Assembly: GCF_003334255.1 (NCBI RefSeq)
Contig: NZ_QOWU01000012.1
Origin: Escherichia coli
Lineage (GTDB): Bacteria; Pseudomonadota; Gammaproteobacteria; Enterobacterales; Enterobacteriaceae
Direction: 5' to 3' (one strand)
Length of the DNA: 64,000 nt
The notes beneath the pieces were generated by a model. That model was not told where the DNA came from. It saw only the letters and a list, made by a program, of their open reading frames with translations, and made no database searches. Below, in pieces: positions 56,052-64,000 of the stretch. The position numbers were made by a program, and so were the translations under genes. Position 1 is the first letter of the stretch. Each line of letters starts with the position of its first letter.

Positions 56052-56960
56052 ATGGCTTTTCAGGTAAAAATTCATCAAATTCGGGCTTTTGTTGAAGTGG
56101 CTCGTCAGGGCAGCATTCGCGGAGCGAGCCGAATGTTGAATATGTCGCAACCGGCACTGAGTAAATCTATTCAGGAGCTGGAAGAAGGGTTAGCGGCGCA
56201 ACTCTTTTTTCGCCGTAGTAAAGGCGTGACGTTAACTGATGCCGGTGAAAGTTTTTATCAGCACGCCAGCCTTATTCTTGAAGAGCTCCGCGCAGCCCAA
56301 GAGGATATTCGCCAACGACAAGGGCAACTGGCAGGGCAGATTAATATCGGCATGGGGGCCAGTATTTCCCGCAGTCTGATGCCAGCTGTCATATCTCGTT
56401 TTCATCAGCAGCATCCGCAGGTAAAAGTACGCATTATGGAAGGGCAACTGGTGTCGATGATTAATGAATTGCGTCAGGGAGAACTGGTTTTCACCATCAA
56501 TACCTATTATCAGGGACCGTACGACCACAAATTTACTTTTGAGAAATTATTGGAAAAGCAATTCGCGATCTTTTGCCGCCCGGGACACCCCGCCATTGGT
56601 GCCCGTTCGATCAAACAGTTACTGGATTACAGCTGGACAATGCCGACGCCACACGGCAGCTACTACAAACAGTTGAGTGAATTGCTTGACGATCAGGCGC
56701 AAACGCCACAGGTCGGTGTAGTCTGCGAGACGTTCTCAGCCTGTATCAGTCTGGTGGCAAAAAGCGATTTTCTCAGCATACTGCCTGAAGAAATGGGCTG
56801 CGATCCCTTGCACGGACAGGGGCTGGTGATGTTGCCGGTTAGCGAAATTTTACCGAAAGCGGCCTATTATTTGATTCAGCGGCGTGATAGTCGCCAGACA
56901 CCACTGACCGCGTCATTAATCACGCAATTTCGGCGAGAATGCGGCTATCTGCAAAGTTAA
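56052..56960 (+). CDS. abgR: LysR-family regulator AbgR
   Basis: 302 aa; divergent from abgA. Confidence 0.9.
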   Translation: MAFQVKIHQIRAFVEVARQGSIRGASRMLNMSQPALSKSIQELEEGLAAQLFFRRSKGVTLTDAGESFYQHASLILEELRAAQEDIRQRQGQLAGQINIGMGASISRSLMPAVISRFHQQHPQVKVRIMEGQLVSMINELRQGELVFTINTYYQGPYDHKFTFEKLLEKQFAIFCRPGHPAIGARSIKQLLDYSWTMPTPHGSYYKQLSELLDDQAQTPQVGVVCETFSACISLVAKSDFLSILPEEMGCDPLHGQGLVMLPVSEILPKAAYYLIQRRDSRQTPLTASLITQFRRECGYLQS

Positions 56961-56967
56961 AACTGCA

Positions 56968-57062
56968 TAAAAAAATAGAGTCTGTCGACATCCGCCAGAC
57001 TCTATAGTACACACAGCAGTGCATCCGCGTCTTAAGTCCGGCATTGTCTCCTCTGCGCCGGT
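56968..57062 (-). ncRNA. mcaS: McaS (IsrA) small regulatory RNA, 95 nt
   Basis: Reverse complement reads ACCGGCGCAGAGGAGACAATGCCGGACTTAAGACGCGGATGCACTGCTGTGTGTACTATAGAGTCTGGCGGATGTCGACAGACTCTATTTTTTT. The terminator hairpin plus U-run is present. Location is the abgR-smrA spacer, as in K-12. Confidence 0.85.
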
Positions 57063-57289
57063 GACTGTGTTATAACGGTTTTAACCTTTAGTTGCCAATT
57101 TTCTTCAGTGACAGATTTCACGAAAATATAAGTTACATTATTAATATCGTGAATGAATAATCATGCATAAGCATTTTGCTTAAAATATCGGCAATATTTG
57201 GAACTTATTACTGGAATTTTGGGTAATACGTTGTTGGACCGACCCGGTCTGGTTATCATATCGCGCTCTTAATTGCGGGAGGATGTAAC

Positions 57290-57853
57290 ATGAACCTTGA
57301 CGACAAATCGCTGTTTCTTGACGCCATGGAAGATGTCCAGCCGCTGAAACGTGCTACCGATGTCCACTGGCATCCAACGCGTAACCAACGTGCGCCGCAG
57401 CGTATCGACACGCTGCAACTTGATAATTTCCTCACCACCGGATTTCTCGACATCATCCCACTAAGTCAGCCGCTGGAGTTTCGGCGGGAAGGGTTGCAAC
57501 ATGGGGTGCTGGATAAGCTGCGCAGTGGTAAATATCCGCAACAGGCGAGCCTGAATCTTTTGCGCCAGCCGGTGGAAGAGTGCCGCAAAATGGTGTTCAG
57601 TTTCATTCAACAAGCCCTGGCGGATGGTTTGCGTAATGTGCTGATTATTCATGGTAAAGGGCGGGAAGATAAATCGCATGCCAATATTGTCCGCAGCTAT
57701 GTGGCGCGCTGGCTGACCGAATTTGATGATGTTCAGGCATATTGCACCGCGCTACCGCATCATGGCGGCAGCGGGGCGTGTTACGTCGCACTACGTAAAA
57801 CGGCGCAGGCGAAGCAAGAAAACTGGGAGCGCCACGCTAAGCGCAGTCGTTGA
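57290..57853 (+). CDS. smrA: Smr-domain DNA endonuclease SmrA (YdaL)
   Basis: 187 aa; C-terminal Smr domain. Confidence 0.9.
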   Translation: MNLDDKSLFLDAMEDVQPLKRATDVHWHPTRNQRAPQRIDTLQLDNFLTTGFLDIIPLSQPLEFRREGLQHGVLDKLRSGKYPQQASLNLLRQPVEECRKMVFSFIQQALADGLRNVLIIHGKGREDKSHANIVRSYVARWLTEFDDVQAYCTALPHHGGSGACYVALRKTAQAKQENWERHAKRSR

Positions 57854-57873
57854 TCTCGAGACGCATCCGCGGC

Positions 57874-59106
57874 TTATGCCGCCAGCACGCGGTTGCGTCC
57901 ATCATTTTTCGCCCGATACAAAGCATCATCTACGCGTTTAAACAGTTCATCGATGCTTTCATTTCCTTCGTGATGCGCCACACCAATGCTGACGGTAAAG
58001 CGTGGTAAGCCCGAAATACTCACTTTTGCCACGCTTACGCGGATAGTTTCAGCCAGCGAAAGCGCGGTATCCAGTGGGGTTCTTGGTAGCAATAAGACAA
58101 ACTCTTCGCCTCCCCAACGAAACACCAAATCGCCTTTGCGAGCGCAACTTTCGAGGGTGCGGGCGAGGGCGCATAACACCTCATCACCTTTAGAATGCCC
58201 ATAGAGATCGTTAATGTGTTTAAAACGATCGGTGTCGATGAGCAACAAGCTGTAATCCTGGGCAATGGCGAGGTGCTGCATTTGGCCTGGTTCCGTAATG
58301 TGATAAAACTGTCGCCGATTCAGTAATCCGGTCATCGCGTCATGGTGGGCAGCATGTTCCAACTGCTCCTCCAGCCGTTTTTGCTCAGTAATATCATGCA
58401 CAATACATAACATGAGCTTGTCGCCATAAATTTCAATCGGCCCGGCATAGGTCTGCACATGACGAGTCGAACCATCCGCCAGTTTATGAACAAAATTCAA
58501 AGGTTTATGACCGCCGGGTAAATGCGAAATTTCATGCATGATAGGCATGACGCGACGCCCGAGCATATTTATTTCCCAGGTATGTTTCTGGCACATCGTT
58601 TCATGGTTATAACCATAGAAATTGAGCGCGGCGAGGTTAGCATCGACGATTTGGCCATCTCGTGAGGGGTCAATCAACAACATTGGTGCAGAGTTAGTCA
58701 GAAAAAAGCGCGCATAAAAACCTTGTTTTTTGCGCTGATAATTTGCCGAGCGACTGGCTTTTAAACCCAGCGTTGCCGGCGCTTCGATACCTTCGAAAAT
58801 AATCACCGGTTCTGTTTCTGTCAGCTCTCGCAAAACAAGCCGACAGCTTAATGCTGTTTCCTCTTCTTTACGCTGAACAGTGAGGATTTCGATAATATCG
58901 TGTTGGTTTTGCAGATCGGAGAGGTATTTCGGCAGTTCTTTTTGTGAGGAGACGGAATAGGGACCGGTTCGTAGCTGACTAAACGTGAGGTCTTGCATCA
59001 ACAGTCGCGCCGCGCTATTGGCATAAATTAACTGTTCCTCAAAGGGCGAAACGATCCAGACAGGACTGGTGAGTAAGTCCAGGGTATTGAAGTTGTGCGT
59101 AATCAT
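57874..59106 (-). CDS. dgcM: Diguanylate cyclase DgcM (YdaM), PAS-PAS-GGDEF
   Basis: MITHNFNTLDLLTSPVWIVSPFEEQ... (410 aa) from ATG 59106; the GGEEF motif RWGGEEFVLLL. Confidence 0.88.
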   Translation of the reverse strand: MITHNFNTLDLLTSPVWIVSPFEEQLIYANSAARLLMQDLTFSQLRTGPYSVSSQKELPKYLSDLQNQHDIIEILTVQRKEEETALSCRLVLRELTETEPVIIFEGIEAPATLGLKASRSANYQRKKQGFYARFFLTNSAPMLLIDPSRDGQIVDANLAALNFYGYNHETMCQKHTWEINMLGRRVMPIMHEISHLPGGHKPLNFVHKLADGSTRHVQTYAGPIEIYGDKLMLCIVHDITEQKRLEEQLEHAAHHDAMTGLLNRRQFYHITEPGQMQHLAIAQDYSLLLIDTDRFKHINDLYGHSKGDEVLCALARTLESCARKGDLVFRWGGEEFVLLLPRTPLDTALSLAETIRVSVAKVSISGLPRFTVSIGVAHHEGNESIDELFKRVDDALYRAKNDGRNRVLAA

Positions 59107-59339
59107 TGAGATCCCGTTATTTTTATCAATTTTTGTTGCTATCCGATCGCAAAAAAGCCACGTCATATGATCAGATAATTCTGATAATGATAGACGCTAT
59201 TTAACACTTCACACGGTTTGTATACGGAAAAGCATTTTGCTTTTTGTATTCAATTTAGACAGAATTTTATTAATCATTTCAGGGTAATGGGGTGATGAGA
59301 TGTTGCGTAACAGGGCCAGAAGGCTAGACTACAAAATAA

Positions 59340-60344
<1,005 letters not shown>

Positions 60345-60390
60345 CAAAAGCAATTTTTCCGGCTGTCTGTATACAAAAACGCCGCAAAGT

Positions 60391-60404
60391 TTGAGCGAAG
60401 TCAA
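60391..60404 (+). promoter_or_regulatory. Class II FNR site TTGAGcgaaGTCAA, centred ~-42.5 from the fnrS start
   Basis: FNR-consensus-like dyad at the correct spacing from the fnrS 5' end. Confidence 0.7.
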
Positions 60405-60439
60405 TAAACTCTCTACCCATTCAGGGCAATATCTCTCTT

Positions 60440-60561
60440 GCAGGTGAATGCAACGTCAAGCGATGGGCGTTGCGCTCCATATTGTCTTACTTCCTTTTTT
60501 GAATTACTGCATAGCACAATTGATTCGTACGACGCCGACTTTGATGAGTCGGCTTTTTTTT
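60440..60561 (+). ncRNA. fnrS: FnrS small regulatory RNA, 122 nt
   Basis: GCAGGTGAATGCAACGTCAAGCGATGGGCGTTGCGCTCCATATTGTCTTACTTCCTTTTTTGAATTACTGCATAGCACAATTGATTCGTACGACGCCGACTTTGATGAGTCGGCTTTTTTTT matches FnrS. The terminator gccgactttgatgagtcggc plus T8 is present. Confidence 0.88.
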
Positions 60562-60618
60562 GCCTGTTATTTATCAGCGTCTACCCTTTAAGAGTCCACC
60601 CAATGACCGGAGGGAAAT

Positions 60619-60792
60619 ATGACGACACTTATTTATTTGCAAATTCCTGTCCCTGAACCGATTCCTGGCGATCCTGTTCCAGTGCCCGATCCGATCCCTC
60701 GCCCGCAACCCATGCCTGACCCACCACCCGATGAAGAACCGATTAAATTGTCGCATCGTGAGCGTAGATCTGCGAGGATACGCGCCTGCTAA
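60619..60792 (+). CDS. Candidate 57-aa proline-rich small protein (MTTLIYLQIPVPEPIPGDPVPVPDPIPRPQPMPDPPPDEEPIKLSHRERRSARIRAC)
   Basis: ATG 7 nt after a GGAGGG ribosome-binding site; the frame was verified codon by codon. It is below the ORF-track length cutoff and lies between the fnrS terminator and the dbpA start. Confidence 0.45.
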   Translation: MTTLIYLQIPVPEPIPGDPVPVPDPIPRPQPMPDPPPDEEPIKLSHRERRSARIRAC

Positions 60793-60821
60793 CTTTGCGT
60801 CGATGACCACGAGAATAGATT

Positions 60822-62195
60822 GTGACCGCTTTTTCTACCCTGAATGTTTTGCCTCCCGCCCAACTCACGAACCTTAATGAGTTGGGTTATTTAACCATGA
60901 CGCCGGTGCAGGCCGCCGCGCTTCCGGCGATCCTTGCCGGAAAAGATGTTCGCGTGCAGGCGAAAACCGGCAGCGGCAAAACGGCGGCTTTTGGCCTCGG
61001 CTTGTTACAGCAAATTGATGCGTCGCTATTTCAGACCCAGGCTTTAGTGCTGTGTCCTACGCGTGAACTGGCGGATCAGGTGGCTGGTGAATTGCGTCGG
61101 CTGGCGCGTTTTCTGCCAAATACCAAAATTTTGACGTTGTGCGGTGGTCAACCGTTCGGTATGCAGCGTGATTCGTTGCAACATGCGCCGCATATTATCG
61201 TGGCAACGCCGGGTCGTTTGCTGGATCACTTGCAAAAAGGCACGGTATCACTGGATGCGCTGAATACTTTGGTGATGGATGAGGCCGACCGCATGCTGGA
61301 TATGGGATTTAGCGATGCCATTGATGATGTCATCCGTTTTGCGCCTGCATCTCGACAGACGCTTCTGTTTTCGGCAACCTGGCCGGAAGCCATCGCCGCA
61401 ATCAGCGGACGAGTGCAACGCGATCCTTTGGCGATTGAAATTGACTCAACAGATGCTTTGCCACCCATTGAACAACAATTTTATGAGACATCCAGTAAAG
61501 GCAAAATTCCTCTGTTGCAACGGTTATTAAGCTTGCATCAGCCATCCTCTTGTGTGGTGTTTTGCAATACCAAAAAAGATTGCCAGGCTGTCTGCGACGC
61601 GCTGAATGAAGTAGGGCAAAGTGCATTGTCGTTACACGGCGATCTGGAGCAACGCGATCGCGATCAGACCCTGGTACGTTTTGCTAACGGTAGCGCCCGT
61701 GTACTGGTTGCGACTGATGTTGCTGCGCGCGGTCTGGATATTAAATCGCTTGAGCTGGTGGTGAACTTTGAGCTGGCGTGGGACCCTGAAGTTCATGTAC
61801 ATCGCATCGGTCGTACAGCTCGTGCAGGAAATAGCGGTCTGGCGATCAGTTTCTGTGCTCCGGAAGAAGCACAGCGGGCCAATATCATTTCTGACATGTT
61901 GCAGATAAAACTTAACTGGCAAACGCCGCCAGCTAATAGTTCCATTGTGCCGCTGGAAGCAGAAATGGCAACGTTGTGTATCGATGGCGGGAAAAAAGCC
62001 AAAATGCGCCCGGGTGATGTTTTAGGTGCACTGACAGGAGATATCGGGCTTGATGGCGCAGATATTGGCAAAATCGCCGTGCATCCGGCGCATGTCTATG
62101 TCGCGGTCCGTCAGGCTGTTGCTCATAAAGCATGGAAACAGTTACAGGGCGGGAAGATTAAAGGAAAAACGTGCCGGGTGCGGTTATTAAAATAA
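60822..62195 (+). CDS. dbpA: ATP-dependent 23S-rRNA-specific DEAD-box RNA helicase DbpA
   Basis: 457 aa; GTG start; the DEAD, SAT and HRIGRTARAG motifs are present. Confidence 0.95.
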   Translation: MTAFSTLNVLPPAQLTNLNELGYLTMTPVQAAALPAILAGKDVRVQAKTGSGKTAAFGLGLLQQIDASLFQTQALVLCPTRELADQVAGELRRLARFLPNTKILTLCGGQPFGMQRDSLQHAPHIIVATPGRLLDHLQKGTVSLDALNTLVMDEADRMLDMGFSDAIDDVIRFAPASRQTLLFSATWPEAIAAISGRVQRDPLAIEIDSTDALPPIEQQFYETSSKGKIPLLQRLLSLHQPSSCVVFCNTKKDCQAVCDALNEVGQSALSLHGDLEQRDRDQTLVRFANGSARVLVATDVAARGLDIKSLELVVNFELAWDPEVHVHRIGRTARAGNSGLAISFCAPEEAQRANIISDMLQIKLNWQTPPANSSIVPLEAEMATLCIDGGKKAKMRPGDVLGALTGDIGLDGADIGKIAVHPAHVYVAVRQAVAHKAWKQLQGGKIKGKTCRVRLLK

Positions 62196-62204
62196 TGAAA
62201 TGTT

Positions 62205-62315
62205 GAATTGCCGGGTGCAAGAGTAAACATCTTATTCGGGATTGCCGGATGCGACGCTGGCCGCGTCTTATCCGGCCTCCATAAGAGTAGCCCGATACGC
62301 TTGCGCATCGGGCGC
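62205..62315. repeat. REP cluster between the convergent dbpA and ttcA
   Basis: attgccggatgcgacgctggccgcgtcttatccggcctcc and gcccgatacgcttgcgcatcgggcg. Confidence 0.75.
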
Positions 62316-62323
62316 GATCCTGG

Positions 62324-63259
62324 TTATTTCACTTCAACCACATTCAGCCGTAACTCATCCAACTGATTTTCATCTTCTTCTGGCTGCCAGCCCGCCGGTT
62401 GTAGTGGGATCTCTTCGCGATCAAACGCCAGATCACCCCCGTTAACCACTTCAGAACCGTGGGTAATGCCTTTGAAATCGAACAGGTTGGTATCGCACAG
62501 ATGCGACGGCACCACATTCTGCATCGCGCTGAACATCGTCTCGATACGCCCTGGATAACGTTTATCCCAGTCACGCAACATGTCAGCAATCACCTGACGT
62601 TGCAGGTTAGGCTGTGAACCGCACAGGTTGCACGGAATAATCGGGAACGCTTTTGCATCGGCAAATCGCTGAATATCTTTCTCGCGGCAGTAGGCCAGCG
62701 GACGAATAACGATATGTTTGCCATCATCGCTCATCAGTTTCGGAGGCATACCTTTCATCTTGCCGCCGTAGAACATATTTAAGAACAACGTTTGCAGGAT
62801 ATCGTCACGATGGTGGCCCAACGCGATCTTCGTCGCCCCCAGTTCCGTTGCGGTACGATAAAGGATACCGCGACGAAGGCGAGAACACAGTGAGCAAGTG
62901 GTTTTGCCCTCTGGAATCTTCTCTTTCACGATACCGTAAGTGTTCTCTTCGACAATCTTGTACTCAACGCCCAGCTTTTCAAGATACTCGGGCAGAACGT
63001 GTTCCGGGAAGCCCGGTTGCTTTTGATCGAGGTTAACAGCTACCAGCGAAAAATTGATTGGCGCGCTTTGCTGCAAATTGCGCAGAATCTCCAGCATGGT
63101 ATAGCTGTCTTTACCCCCGGAGAGGCAAACCATGATGCGATCGCCTTCTTCAATCATATTGAAGTCAGCAATGGCTTCGCCCACGTTACGACGCAGACGT
63201 TTTTGTAATTTGTTCAGGTTGTATTGTTCTTTCTTTGTAACTTGTTGATTTTCTGGCAT
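62324..63259 (-). CDS. ttcA: tRNA 2-thiocytidine(32) synthetase TtcA
   Basis: [33 protein letters not shown]... (311 aa) from ATG 63259; the PP-loop SGGKDS motif is present. Confidence 0.9.
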   Translation of the reverse strand: MPENQQVTKKEQYNLNKLQKRLRRNVGEAIADFNMIEEGDRIMVCLSGGKDSYTMLEILRNLQQSAPINFSLVAVNLDQKQPGFPEHVLPEYLEKLGVEYKIVEENTYGIVKEKIPEGKTTCSLCSRLRRGILYRTATELGATKIALGHHRDDILQTLFLNMFYGGKMKGMPPKLMSDDGKHIVIRPLAYCREKDIQRFADAKAFPIIPCNLCGSQPNLQRQVIADMLRDWDKRYPGRIETMFSAMQNVVPSHLCDTNLFDFKGITHGSEVVNGGDLAFDREEIPLQPAGWQPEEDENQLDELRLNVVEVK

Positions 63260-63541
63260 TATATTTTTCTCAAGACCCTTCAGGGGCATATAAGAGGCAA
63301 ATTTTAGTAAAGTACTTACCCAATGTTAAGCGAAAAATATGTAGTTTCTCTTAGTTGAGCATCTTTAAATCGCTGCGTAAGTATCTTAACATTGTTGTTA
63401 ACGTCTATAGTTATTTCACTGATACATGAGTTTAAATTAAAATGTGTTAAAATATTTATTTGGTTTAAGATGATTTTTCTTTATTATGTAGCGGGATTTA
63501 TATCCCATTGTAAAGAAAAGTTGACATTTATTGGGGGTAAC

Positions 63542-63928
63542 GTGAGCGATATTCTGTCATGGATTGAGGTTGGTAAACTTTCAGCTGAAAGGGATGATAA
63601 TCTTGTACATTACTTCTTTGATAATGGGGTGCTTCAAAGCGTAATTAATACTCCATCATCTTTTTTAATTCTTGGAAGAAAAGGTGCTGGTAAAACAGCT
63701 CTTTTTCGTTATCTAACAAATAATCCCAGACAATATCTAAAAGAGAATGAAGTATTAGTATCTTTATCTTTTGAAGACTACAATTGGCGAGTTCATTCTC
63801 TGCTCAGTAATGAATATGCTGCTGAGTCATTAGCATATAAACAGTCTTGGAAATTTGTAATTTTAGTTGAAGTTATTAAGGCTTACTTAAAATATTTAGA
63901 AGAAAAAAGATTAACAATACCTAGGTAA
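63542..63928 (+). pseudogene. AT-rich foreign gene for a P-loop NTPase/kinase-like protein (Walker A LILGRKGAGKTALF), 5' portion only. The reading frame is cut by IS1, and the stop TAA is supplied by the IS1 end.
   Basis: Likely GTG start at 63542 after GGGGGT. The ORF-track ATG at 63392 gives 178 aa. GC content is ~30% versus ~52% for the flanking core. The frame runs into the IS1 terminal repeat GGTAATGACTCC. Confidence 0.6.
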
Positions 63929-64000
63929 TGACTCCAACTTATTGATAGTGTTTTATGTTCAGATAATGCCCGATGACTTTGTCATGCAGCTCCACCGATT
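63924..64000 (-). mobile_element. IS1 insertion sequence, terminal 77 bp (IRR end first; the rest is beyond the window)
   Basis: GGTAATGACTCCAACTTATTGATAGTGTTTTATGTTCAGATAATGCCCGATGACTTTGTCATGCAGCTCCACCGATT equals the IS1 right end (inverted repeat GGTAATGACTCCAACTTATTGAT). Confidence 0.85.

Noticed and set aside
60438-60656. 72-aa plus-strand ORF
   Set aside because: Coincides with the FnrS sRNA and its terminator; the sequence is explained by the ncRNA.
60574-60810. 78-aa minus-strand ORF
   Set aside because: No ribosome-binding site. It overlaps the better-supported plus-strand proline-rich ORF and the dbpA upstream region.
63392-63541. ATG-initiated 50-codon N-terminal extension of the island P-loop ORF (MLLTSIVISLIHEF...)
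   Set aside because: Extremely AT-rich and hydrophobic with no ribosome-binding site. The GTG at 63542 preceded by GGGGGT is the more plausible start. Kept as an alternative only.

Overview
This window is Escherichia coli chromosome of the K-12/B-like core, covering the rnb-to-ttcA region. Every long ORF matches a known E. coli gene. In order: rnb (partial, runs off the window start), yciW, fabI, ycjD, sapFDCBA (minus strand), ymjA, puuP, puuA, divergent puuDRCBE (putrescine utilisation), pspF, sigma54-dependent pspABCDE, ycjMNOPQRSTUV-ompG (sugar phosphorylase/ABC-transporter cluster) with ycjW (LacI family), ycjXF, tyrR, tpx, ycjG/mpaA, the ymjC-ymjD deletion remnant, ycjY, ycjZ, mppA, ynaI, ynaJ, uspE, fnr, ogt, abgTBA, abgR, smrA, dgcM, zntB, dbpA and ttcA. 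Two known small RNAs that the ORF track cannot show are present: McaS (abgR-smrA spacer, minus strand) and FnrS (zntB-dbpA spacer, plus strand, with a class-II FNR site). Repeats are several REP clusters, one ERIC/IRU-like element between puuR and puuC, and a boxC-like GC-rich palindromic element after ycjD. The only non-core DNA is the last ~750 bp. Immediately beyond the 5' end of ttcA (the site where Rac prophage sits in K-12) there is very AT-rich foreign DNA encoding the N-terminal ~130-180 aa of a P-loop NTPase (Walker A GRKGAGKT), whose reading frame is cut by an IS1 insertion that runs off the window end. That is the best candidate for an uncharacterised accessory (possibly defence) module, but only a truncated fragment is visible. 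Other observations are a ~31-bp near-identical element shared by the mppA promoter and the mpaA upstream region, a strongly ribosome-binding-site-preceded proline-rich 57-aa ORF between fnrS and dbpA, an intact ycjV (pseudogene in MG1655), and a perfect 16-bp inverted repeat spanning the ycjD start. Start codons were checked by hand against the sequence; several differ from the six-frame ORF starts.
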